Of a DNA stretch of 64,000 nt, positions 51,301 through 64,000 are shown piece after piece. The stretch spans positions 22,010,001 to 22,074,000 of the forward strand of contig OZ024744.1 in the NCBI GenBank assembly GCA_964016885.1, given 5' to 3'. Made by a program: the position numbers and the translations under genes. Within the stretch, counting starts at the first letter, position 1. Each line of letters starts with the position of its first letter. This DNA is from Eledone cirrhosa. Its lineage: Eukaryota. The notes under the pieces are model-generated. The model made no database searches. It was not told the origin of the DNA and saw only the letters and a program-made list of their open reading frames with translations.

Positions 51301-54300
51301 AGATATACAGAGACAGTGGTACAGAGAGACAGAGGTACAGAGACACTGGTACAGAGAGACAGAGATACAGAGACACTGGTACAGAGAGACAGAGGTACAG
51401 AGAGACACTGGTACCGAGAGACAGAGGTACAGAGAGACAGAGGTACACAGAGACAGAGGTACACAGAGACAGAGGTACAGAGAGACAGAGGTACAGAGAG
51501 ACAGAGGTACAGAGAGACAGAACTACAGAGAGACACTGGTACAGAAAGACAGAGTTACAGAGAGACAGAGGTACAGAGAGACAGACGTACAGAGACACTG
51601 GTACAGAGAGACAGAGGTACAGAGCGTCAGAGGTACAGAGACACTGGTACAGAGATATAGAGGTACAGTGACACTGGTACAGAGAGACCGTGATACAGAG
51701 AGACGGAGGTACAGATAGACAGAGGTACACATACATTGGTACAAAGAGACAGAGACACTGGTACAGAGAGACAGAGGTACAGAGAGACGGAGGTACAGAT
51801 AGACAGAAGTACAGAGAGACAGAGGTACAGAGAAAGATGTACAGAGAGACAGTGGTACACAGAGAGACTGGTACAAAGAGACAGAGGTACAGAGAGACAG
51901 AATTACAGCGAGACAGAGGTACAGATAGACAGTGGTACACAGAGAGACTGGTACAGAGAGACAGAGGTACAGAGAGACAGAGGTACAGCGACACAGAGGT
52001 ACAGTTAGACAGTGGTACACAGAGACACTGGTACAGAGAGACAGAGGTACAGTGACACTGGTACAGAGAGATGGAGCTACAGTGACACTGGTACATAGAG
52101 ACAGCGGTACAGAGAGACAGAGGTACAGATGGACAGAGATACAGAGACACTGGTACAGGGAGACAGAGACACTGGTACAGAGAGACAGAGGTAGAGAGAC
52201 ACTGGTACAGAGTCACTGGTACCGAGAGGCAGATATACAGAGACAGTGGTACAGAGAGACAGAGGTACAGAGACACTGGTACAGAGAGACAGAGATACAG
52301 AGACACTGGTACAGAGAGACAGAGGTACAGAGAGACACTGGTACCGAGAGACAGAGGTACAGAGAGACAGAGGTACACAGAGACAGAGGTACACAGAGAC
52401 AGAGGTACAGAGAGACAGAGGTACAGAGAGACAGAGGTACAGAGAGACAGAACTACAGAGAGACACTGGTACAGAAAGACAGAGTTACAGAGAGACAGAG
52501 GTACAGAGAGACAGACGTACAGAGACACTGGTACAGAGAGACAGAGGTACAGAGCGTCAGAGGTACAGAGACACTGGTACAGAGATATAGAGGTACAGTG
52601 ACACTGGTACAGAGAGACCGTGATACAGAGAGACGGAGGTACAGATAGACAGAGGTACACATACATTGGTACAAAGAGACAGAGACACTGGTACAGAGAG
52701 ACAGAGGTACAGAGAGACGGAGGTACAGATAGACAGAAGTACAGAGAGACAGAGGTACAGAGAAAGATGTACAGAGAGACAGTGGTACACAGAGAGACTG
52801 GTACAAAGAGACAGAGGTACAGAGAGACAGAATTACAGCGAGACAGAGGTACAGATAGACAGTGGTACACAGAGAGACTGGTACAGAGAGACAGAGGTAC
52901 AGCGAGACAGAGGTACAGAAAGACAGTGGTACACTGAGACACTGGTACAGAGAGACAGAGGTACAGTGACACTGGTACAGAGAGATAGAGCTACAGTGAC
53001 ACTGGTACAGAGAGACAGCGGTACAGAGAGACAGAGGTACAGATGGATAGAGGTACATATACACTGGTACAGGGAGACAGAGACACCGGTACAGAGAGAC
53101 AGAGGTAGAGAGACACTGGTACAGAGAGGCAGAGATACAGAGACACTGGTACAGAGATACAGAGGTACAGAGAGACACTGGTACAGAGAGACAGAGGTAC
53201 AGAGAGACAGAGATGCACACAGACAGAGGTACAGAGAGACAGAAGTACAGAGAAACAATGGTACAGAGAGACACTGGTACAGAAAGACAGAGGTACAGAG
53301 AGACAGAGGTACAGAGAGACAGAGGTACAGAGACACTGCTACAGATATACAGTAGTACAGGGACACTGGTACAGAGAGACAGAGGTACAGACAGACACTG
53401 GTACAGAGAGACAGGGGTACAGAGACACTGGTACAGAGAGGCGGAGATACAGAGACACTGGTACAGAGAGACAGAGGTACGGAGAGACACTGGTACAGAG
53501 AGACAGAGGTACAGAGAGACAGAGGTACACAGAGACATGGTACAGAGAGACAGAGGTACAGAGAGATTGAGGTACAGAGAGACAGACGGACAGAGAGACA
53601 CTGGTACAGAGAGATAGATGTACATAGAGACAGAGATACGGAGAGACAGAGGTACAGAGACACTGATACAGAGAGACAGACGTACAGAGAGTCAGAGGTA
53701 CAGAGAGACAGAGGTACAGTGAGACAAAAGGTACAGAGAGACACTGGTACAGAGAGACAGAGTTACATAGAGACAGAGGTACAGAGAGACAGAGGTACAG
53801 AGAGTCAGAGGTACAGAGAGATAGAGGTACAGAGACACTCGTACACAGAGACTGAGGTACATGCAGACAGAGGTACAGAGACACTGGTACAGAGAGACAG
53901 ATACAGAGACATTGGTACAGAGAGGCAGAGACAGAGACATAGGTACAGAGAGACAGAGACACAGAGACACTGGTACAGAGAGACAGAGACAGATACACTG
54001 GTACAGAGAGACAGAGGTACAGAGAGACAGAGGTACAGAGACATGGTACAGAGAGACAGAGACAGAGACACAGGTACAGAGAGACAGAGACATTTGAGAA
54101 ACTGGTACAGAGAGACAGAGGTACAGAGAGACACTGGTACAGAGAGACAGAGGTACAGAGAGATACTGGTACAGAGAGACAGAGGCACAGAGACACTGGT
54201 TCAGAGATATAGAGGTACAGTGACACTGGTACAGAGAGACCGTGATACAGAGTGACAGAGGTACAGATAGACAGAGGTACACATACATTGGTACAGAGAG

Positions 54301-57300
54301 ACAGAGACACTGGTACAGAGAGACAGAGGTACAGAGAGACAGAGGTACAGATAGACAGAGGTACATATAGACAGAGGTACAGAGAAAGAGGTACAGAGAG
54401 ACAGTGGTACACAGAGAGACTGGTACAAAGAGACAGAGGTACAGAGAGACAGAGGTACAGCGAGACAGAGGTACATATAGACAGTGGTACACAGAGAGAC
54501 TGGTACAGAGAGACAGAGGTACAGAGAGACAGAGGTACAGCGAGACAGAGGTACAGTTAGACAATGGTACACAGAGACACTGGTACAGAGAGACAGAGGT
54601 ACAGTGACACTGGTACAGAGAGATGGAGCTACAGTGACACTGGTACATAGAGACAGCTGTACAGAGAGACAGAGGTACAGATGGACAGAGATACAGAGAC
54701 ACTGGTACAGGGAGACAGAGACACTGGTACAGAGAGACAGAGGTAGAGAGACACTGGTACAGAGTCACTGGTACCGAGAGGCAGAGATACAGAGACAGTG
54801 GTACAGAGAGACATAGGTACAGAGAGACATAGGTACAGAGAGACAGAGGTACACAGAGACAGAGGTACACAGAGACAGAGGTGCAGAGAGACAGAGGTAC
54901 AGAGAGACAGAGGTACAGAGAGACAGAGCTACAGAGAGACACTGGTACAGAAAGACAGAGTTACAGAGAGACAGAGGTACAGAGAGACAGACGTACAGAG
55001 ACACTGGTACAGAGAGACAGAGGTACAGAGCTTCAGAGGTACAGAGAGACAGAGGTACAGAGACACTGGTACAGAGATATAGAGGTACAGTGACACTGGT
55101 ACAGAGAGACCGTGATACAGAGAGACGGAGGTACAGATAGACAGAGGTACACATACATTGGTACAAAGAGACAGAGACACTGGTACAGAGAGACAGAGGT
55201 ACAGAGAGACAGAGGTACAGATAGAAAGAAGTACAGAGAGACAGAGGTACAGAGAAAGATGTACAGAGAGACAGTGGTACACAGAGAGACTGGTACAAAG
55301 AGACAGAGGTACAGAGAGACAGAATTACAGCGAGACAGAGGTACAGATAGACAGTGGTACACAGAGAGACTGGTACAGAGAGACAGAGGTACAGAGAGAC
55401 AGAGGTACAGCGAGACAGAGGTACAGAGAGACAGAGGTACAGAGAGACAGAGGTACAGAGAAAGATGTAAAGAGAGACAGTGGTACACAGAGAGACTGGT
55501 ACAAAGAGACAGAGGTACAGAGAGACAGAATTACAGCGAGACAGAGGTACAGATAGACAGTGGTACACAGAGAGACTGGTACAGAGAGACAGAGGTACAG
55601 AGAGACAGAGGTACAGCGAGACAGAGGTACAGAAAGACAGTGGTACACAGAGACACTGGTACAGAGAGACAGAGGTACAGTGACACTGGTACAGAGAGAT
55701 AGAGCTACAGTGACACTGGTACAGAGAGACAGCGGTACATAGAGACAGAGGTACAGATGGATAGAGGTACATATACACTGGTACAGGGAGACAGAGACAC
55801 CGGTACAGATAGACAGAGGTAGAGAGACACTGGTACAGAGAGGCAGAGATACAGAGACACTGGTACAGAGAGACAGAGGTACAGAGAGACACTGGTACAG
55901 AGAGACAGAGGTACAGAGAGACAGAGATGCACAGAGACAGTGGTACAGAGAGACAGAAGTACAGAGAAACAATGGTACAGAGAGACACTGGTACAGAAAG
56001 ACAGAGGTACAGAGAGACAGAGGTACAGAGAGACAGAGGTACAGAGACACTGCTACAGATATACAGTAGTACAGGGACACTGGTAGAGAGAGACAGAGGT
56101 ACAGACAGACACTGGTACAGAGAGACAGGGATACAGAGACACTGGTACAGAGAGGCGGAGATACAGAGACACTGGTACAGAGAGACAGAGGTACGGAGAG
56201 ACACTGGTACAGAGAGACAGAGGTACAGAGAGATTGAGGTACAGAGAGACAGACGTACAGAGAGACACTGGTACAGAGAGACAGAGATACGGAGAGACAG
56301 AGGTAAAGAGACACTGATACAGAGAGACAGAGATACAGAGAGTCAGAGGTACAGAGAGACAGAGGTACAGTGAGACAAAAGGTACAGAGAGACACTGGTA
56401 CAGAGAGACAGAGTTACATAGAGACAGAGATACAGAGAGACAGAGGTACAGAGACACTGGTACAGAGAGACAGAGGTACAGAGAGTCAGAGGTACAGAGA
56501 GACAGAGGTACAGAGACACTCGTACACAGAGACTGAGGTACATGCAGACAGAGGTACAGAGACATGGTACAGAGAGACAGAGACATCTGAGAAACTGGTA
56601 CAGAGAGACAGAGGTACAGAGAGACACTGGTACAGAGAGACAGAGGTACAGAGAGATACTGGTACAGAGAGACAGAGGCACAGAGAAACTGGTTCAGAGA
56701 TATAGAGGTACAGTGACACTGGTACAGAGAGACCGTGATACAGAGTGACAGAGGTACAGATAGACAGAGGTACACATACATTGGTACAGAGAGACAGAGA
56801 CACTGGTACAGAGAGACAGAGGTACAGAGAGACAGAGGTACAGATAGACAGAGGTACATATAGACAGAGGTACAGAGAAAGAGGTACAGAGAGACAGTGG
56901 TACACAGAGAGACTGGTACAAAGGGACAGAGGTACAGAGAGACAGAGGTACAGCGAGACAGAGGTACATATAGACAGTGGTACACAGAGAGACTGGTACA
57001 GAGAGACAGAGGTACAGAGAGACAGAGGTACAGCGAGACAGAGGTACATTTAGACAATGGTACAGCGAGACACTGGTACAGAGAGACAGAGGTACAGTGA
57101 CACTGGTACAGAGAGATGGAGCTACAGTGACACTGGTACATAGAGACAGCTGTACAGAGAGACAGAGGTACAGATGGACAGAGATACAGAGACACTGGTA
57201 CAGGGAGACAGAGACACCGGTACAGAGAGACAGAGGTAGAGAGACACTGGTACAGAGTCACTGGTACCGAGAGGCAGATATACAGAGACAGTGGTACAGA

Positions 57301-60300
57301 GAGACATAGGTACAGAGAGACAGAGGTACAGAGAGACAGAGGTACAGAGAGACACTGGTACAGAAAGACAGAGTTACAGAGAGACAGAGGTACAGAGAGA
57401 CACTGGTACAGAAAGACATAGTTACAGAGAGACAGAGGTACAGAGAGACAGACGTACAGAGACACTGGTACAGAGAGACAGAGGTACAGAGCGTCAGAGG
57501 TACAGAGAGACAGAGGTACAGAGACACTGGTACAGAGATATAGAGGTACAGTGACACTGGTACAGAGAGACCGTGATACAGAGAGACGGAGGTACAGACA
57601 GACAGAGGTACACATACATTGGTACAAAGAGACAGAGACACTGGTACAGAGAGACAGAGGTACAGAGAGACGGAGGTACAGATAGACAGAAGTACAGAGA
57701 GACAGAGGTACAGAGAAAGATGTAAAGAGAGACAGTGGTACACAGAGAGACTGGTACAAAGAGACAGATGTACAGAGAGACAGAATTACAGCGAGACAGA
57801 GGTACAGATAGACAGTGGTACACAGAGAGACTGGTACAGGGAGACAGATGTACAGAGAGACAGAGGTACAGCGAGACAGAGGTACAGAAAGACAGTGGTA
57901 CAGAGAGACACTGGTACAGGGAGACAGAGGTACAGTGACACTGGTACAGAGAGATAGAGCTACAGTGACACTGGTACAGAGAGACAGCGGTACAGAGAGA
58001 CAGAGGTACAGATGGATGGAGGTACATATACACTGGTACAGGGATACAGAGACACCGGTACAGAGAGACAGAGGTAGAGAGACACTGGTACAGAGAGGCA
58101 GAGATACAGAGACACTGGTAGAGAGAGACAGAGGTACAGAGAGACACTGGTACAGAGAGACAGAGGTACAGAGAGACAGAGATGCACAGAGACAGTGGTA
58201 CAGAGAGACAGAAGTACAGACAAACAATGGTACAGAGAGACACTGGTACAGAAAGACAGAGGTACAGAGAGACAGAGGTACAGAGAGACAGAGGTACAGA
58301 GACACTGCTACAGATATACAGTAATACAGGGACACTGGTAGAGAGAGACAGAGGTACAGACAGACACTGGTACAGAGAGACAGGGGTACAGAGACACTGG
58401 TACAGAGAGGCGGAGATACAGAGACACTGGTACAGAGAGACAGAGGTACGGAGAGACACTGGTACAGAGAGACATAGGTACACAGAGACATGGTACAGAG
58501 AGACAGAGGTACAGAGAGATTGAGGTACAGAGAGACAGACGTACAGAGAGACAGAGGTACAGAGAGACACTGGTACAGAGAGACAGATGTACATAGAGAC
58601 AGAGATACAGAGAGACAGAGGTACAGAGAGTCAGAGGTACAGAGAGACAGAGGTACAGTGAGACAAAAGGTACAGAGAGACACTGGTACAGAGAGACAGA
58701 GTTACATAGAGACAGAGATACAGAGAGACAGAGGTACAGAGACACTGGTACAGAGAGACAGAGGTACAGAGAGACAGAGGTACAGAGAGTCAGAGGTACA
58801 GAGAGACAGAGGTACAGAGACACTCGTACAGAGAGACTGAGGTACATGCAGACAGAGGTACAGAGACACTGGTACAGAGAGACAGATACAGAGACATTGG
58901 TACAGAGAGGCAGAGACAGAGACATAGGTACAGAGAGACAGAGACACAGAGACACTGGTACAGAGAGACAGAGACAGATAAACTGGTACAGAGAGACAGA
59001 GGTACAGAGAGACAGAGGTACAGAGAGACAGAGGTACAGAGACATGGTACAGAGAGACAGAGACAGAGACACAGGTACAGAGAGACAGAGGTACAGAGAG
59101 ATACTGGTACAGAGAGACAGAGGCACAGAGTCACTGGTTCAGAGATATAGAGGTACAGTGACACTGGTACAGAGAGACCGTGATACAGAGTGACAGAGGT
59201 ACAGATAGACAGAGGTACACATACATTGGTACAGAGAGACAGAGACACTGGTACAGAGAGACAGAGGTACAGATAGACAGAGGTACAGAGAGACAGAGGT
59301 ACAGATAGACAGATGTACATATAGACAGAGGTACAGAGAAAGAGGTACAGAGAGACAGTGGTACACGGAGAGACTGGTACAAAGAGACAGAGGTACCTAG
59401 AGACAGAGGTACAGCGAGACAGAGGTACATATAGACAGTGGTACACAGAGAGACTGGTACATAGAGACAGAGGTACAGAGAGACATAGGTACAGAGAGAC
59501 AGAGGTACAGCGAGACAGAGGTACAGTTAGACAGTGGTACACAGAGACACTGGTACAGAGAGACAGAGGTACAGTGACACTGGTACAGAGAGATGGAGCT
59601 ACAGTGACACTGGTACATAGAGACAGCTGTACAGAGAGACAGAGGTACAGATGGACAGAGATACAGAGACACGGGTACAGGGAGACATAGGTACAGAGAG
59701 ACACTGGTACAGAGAGACAGAGGTACACAGAGACAGAGGTACACAGAGACAGAGGTACAGAGAGACAGAGGTACAGAGAGACAGAGGTACAGAGAGACAG
59801 AGCTACAGAGAGACACTGGTACAGAAAGACAGAGTTACAGAGAGACAGAGGTACAGAGAGACAGGCGTACAGAGACACTGGTACAGAGATATAGAGGTAC
59901 AGTGACACTGGTACAGAGAGACCGTGATACAGAGAGACGGAGGTACAGATAGACAGAGGTACACATACATTGCTACAAAGAGACAGAGACACTGGTACAG
60001 AGAGACAGAGGTACAGAGAGACAGAGGTACAGATAGACAGAGGTACAGAGAGACAGAGGTACATGGAAAGAGGTACAGAGAGACAGTGGTACACAGAGAG
60101 ACTGGTACAAAGAGACAGAGGTACAGAGAGACAGAGTTGCAGCGAGACAGAGGTACAGATAGACAGTGGTACATAGAGAGACTGGTACAGATAGACTGAG
60201 GTACAGAGAGACAGAGGTACAGCGAGACAGAGGTACAGAAAGACAGTGGTACACAGAGACACTGGTACAGAGAGACAGAGGTACAGTGACACTGGTACAG

Positions 60301-63300
60301 AGAGATAGAGCTACAGTGACACTGGTACAGAGAGACAGCGGTACAGAGAGACAGAGGTACATATGGATAGAGGTACATATACACTGGTACAGGGAGACAG
60401 AGACACCGGTACAGAGAGACAGAGGTAGAGAGACACTGGTACAGAGAGGCAGAGATACAGAGACACTGGTACAGAGAGACAGAGGTACAGAGAGACACTG
60501 GTACAGAGAGACAGAGGTACAGAGAGACAGAGATGCACAGAGACAGTGGTACAGAGAGACAGAAGTACAGAGAAACAATGGTACAGAGAGACACTGGTAC
60601 GGAAAGACAGAGGTACAGAGAGACAGAGGTACAGAGAGACAGAGGTACAGAGACACTGCTACAGATATACAGTAGTACAGGGACACTGGTAGAGAGAGAC
60701 AGAGGTACAGAGAGACACTGGTACAGAGAGACAGAGGTACATACAGACAGAGGTACACAGAGACATGGTACAGAGAGACAGATGTACAGAGAGACAGAGG
60801 TACAGAGAGACAGAGGTACAGAGAGACACTGGTACAGAGAGACAGAGGTACATAGAGACAGAGATATAGAGAGACAGAGGTACAGAGAGACAGATGTACA
60901 GAGAGACAGGGGTACGGAGACACTGGTACAGAGAGGCGGAGATACAGAGACACTGGTACAGAGAGACAGAGGTACAGAGAGACACTGGTACAGAGAGACA
61001 GAGGTACATACAGACAGAGGTACACAGAGACATGGTACAGAGAGACAGATGTACAGAGAGACAGAGGTACAGAGAGACAGAGGTACAGAGAGACACTGGT
61101 ACAGAGAGACAGAGGTACATAGAGACAGAGATATAGAGAGACAGAGGTACAGAGACACTGGTACAGAGAGACAGAGGTCCAGAGAGTCAGAGGTACAGAG
61201 AGACAGAGGTACAGAGACACTGGTACAGAGAGACAGAGGTACAGAGAGAAAGAGGTACAGAGAGACAGACGTACAGAGAGTCAGAGGTACAGAGAGACAG
61301 AGGTACAGAGACACTCGTACAGAGAGACTGAACTACAGGCAGACAGAGGTACAGAGACACTGGTACAGAGAGACAGAGACAGAGACATTGGTACAGAGAG
61401 GCAGAGACAAAGACATAGGTACAGAGAGACAGAGACACAGAGACACTGGTACAGAGAGACAGAGACAGATACACTGGTACAGAGAGACAGAGGTCCAGAG
61501 ACAGATGTACAGAGAGACAGAGGTACAGAGACACTGGTACAGAGAGACAGAGACAGAGACACAGGTACAGAGAGACAGAGACAGCTGAGAAACTGGTACA
61601 GAGAGGCAGAGGTACAGAGAGACACTGGTACAGAGAGACAGAGGTACAGAGTTATACTGGTACAGAGAGACAGAGGTACAGAGACACTGGTACAGAGATA
61701 TAGAGGTACAGTGACACTGGTACAGAGAGACCGTGATACAGAGAGACAGAGGTACAGATAGACAGAGGTACAGATAGACAGAGGTACAGAGAAAGAGGTA
61801 CAGAGAGACAGTGGTACACAGAGAGACTGGTACAAAGAGACAGAGGTACAGAGAGACAGAGGTACAGCGAGACAGAGGTACATATAGACAGTGGTACACA
61901 GAGACACTGGTACAGAGAGACAGAGGTACAGTGACACTGGTACAGAGAGATAGAGCTACAGTGACACTGGTACAGAGAGACAGCGGTACAGAGAGACAGA
62001 GGTACAGATGGACAGAGATACAGAGACACTGGTACAGGGAGACAGAGACACCGGTACATAGAGACAGAGGTAGAGAGACACTGGTACAGAGTCACTGGTA
62101 CAGAGAGGCAGATATACAGAGACAGTGGTACCGAGAGACATAGGTACAGAGAGACACTGGTACAGAGAGACAGAGGTACAGAGAGACAGAGGTACACAGA
62201 GACAGTGGTACAGAGTGATAGAGGTACAGAGAGACAGAGGTACAGAGAGACAGACGTACAGAGAAACAGAGGTACAGAGAGACACTGGTACAGAAAGACA
62301 GATTTACAGAGTCACAGAGGTACAGAGAGACAGACGTACAGAGACACTGGTACAGAGAGACAGAGGTACAGAGCGTCAGAGGTACAGAGAGACAGAGGTA
62401 CAGCGAGACAGAGGTACAGATAGACAGTGGTACACAGAGAGACTGGTACAGAGAGACAGAGGTACAGAGAGACAGAGGTACAGAGCGTCAGAGGTACAGA
62501 GAGACAGAGGTACAGAGACACTGGTACAGAGAGATAGAGTTACAGTGACACTGGTACAGAGAGACAGCGGTACAGAGAGACAGAGGTACATATGGACAGA
62601 GGCACAGAGACACTGGTACAGGGAGACAGAGGTAGAGAGACACTGGTACAGAGTCACTGGTACAGAGAGGCAGAGATACAGAGACACTGGTACAGAGAGA
62701 CAGAGGTACAGAGAGACACTGGTACGGAGAGACAGAGGTACAGAGAGACAGAGGTACACAGAGACAGTGGTACAGAGAGACAGAGGTACAGAGAGACAGA
62801 GGTACAGAGAGACAGAGGTACAGAGAAACAGAGGTACAGAGATACACTGGTACAGAAAGACAGAGTTACAGAGATACAGAGGTACAGAGAGACATACGTA
62901 CAGAGACACTGGTACAGAGAGACAGAGGTACAGAGCGTCAGAGGTACAGAGAGACAGAGGTACAGAGACACTGGTACAGACATACAGTGGTACAGGGACA
63001 CTGGTAGAGAGAGACAGAGGTACAGAGAGACACTGGTACAGAGAGACAGAGGTACAGAGAGACAGATGTACAGAGAGACCATGGTACAGGGAGACAGAAG
63101 TACAGAGAGACAGAGGTACAGAGACAGTGGTACTGAGAGACAGTGGTACACAGAGAGACTTGTACAGAGAGACAGAGGTACAGAGAGACAGAGGTACAGC
63201 GAGACAGAGGTACAGATAGACAGAGGTACATATAGACAGTGGTACACAGAGACACTGGTACAGAGAGACAGAGGTACAGAGAGACACTGGTACAGAGAGA

Positions 63301-64000
63301 CATAGGTCCAGAGAGTCAGAGGTACAGAGAGACAGATGTACAGAGACACTGGTACAGAGAGACAGAGGTACAGAGAGACAGAGGTACAGAGAGACAGACG
63401 TACAGAGAGTCAGAGGTACAGAGAGACAGAGGTACAGAGACACTCGTACAGAGAGACTGAGGTACATGCAGACAGATGTACAGAGACACTGGTACAGAGA
63501 GACAGAGAGAGAGACATTGGTACAGAGAGGCAGAGACAAAGACATAGATACAGAGAGACAGAGACACAGAGACACTGGTACAGAGAGACAGAGACAGATA
63601 CACTGGTACAGAGAGACAGAGGTACAGAGAGACAGAGGTCCAGAGACAGATGTACAGAGACATGGTACAGAGAGACAGAGACAGAGACACAGGTACAGAG
63701 AGACGGAGACATCTGAGAAACTGGTACAGAGAGACAGAGACACAGAGACACTGGTACAGAGAGACAGAGACAGATACACTGGTACAGAGAGACAGAGGTA
63801 CAGAGAGACAGAGGTCCAGAGACAGAGGTACAGAGAGACAGAGACAGATAAACTGGTACAGAGAGACAGAGGTACAGAGAGACAGAGGTACAGAGAGACA
63901 GAGGTACAGAGACACTGGTACAGAGAGACAGAGACAGAGACACAGGTACAGAGAGACAGAGACAGCTGAGAAACTGGTATAGAGAGGCAGAGGTACAGAG
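36369..64000. repeat. complex ~16-bp satellite (GTACAGAGAGACAGAG / GTACAGAGAGACACTG variants) with higher-order repeats
   Basis: Continuous array of at least 27.6 kb running off the end of the window, with GTAC about every 14-16 bp. Block duplications of ~2002, 2568 and 930 bp are visible from landmark variants and identical ORF translations. Confidence 0.97.

Noticed and set aside
36367-63982. Very long ORFs (up to 1490 aa) in the satellite
   Set aside because: They overlap in all frames, have low complexity and follow directly from a repeat unit lacking stop codons. They show no domain signal.
36369-64000. CRISPR-like regular repeat
   Set aside because: There are no unique spacers and no cas genes, and the context is eukaryotic.

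Overview
Repeat-saturated eukaryotic DNA with no supportable host gene. The tRNA-derived SINE family and the microsatellite load suggest an octopod cephalopod (inference). Bases 1-36.3 kb are a mosaic of (TA)n/(CA)n/(GA)n/(GAT)n microsatellites containing: decayed Tx1/L1-clade LINEs (one near full-length, 21.35-26.2 kb); RTE-type LINE fragments, one with a twin-priming inversion; about ten SINE copies; a probable LTR with primer-binding site; and Penelope-like element (PLE) remnants, including a GIY-YIG endonuclease end and an ORF start. The main hidden signal is a dense set of short fold-back (inverted-repeat) elements in or beside (TA)n tracts. Most carry a minimal type-I hammerhead ribozyme (CUGANGA...GAAA-short, often palindromic stem III-UH). 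About ten sequence-unrelated families and more than 15 full or partial copies occur in ~32 kb. They show compensatory stem changes and non-canonical cores (U3-A8, A4). Bases 36369-64000 are a single purine-rich ~16-bp GTAC satellite with kb-scale higher-order repeats. All long ORFs in the satellite are artefacts.
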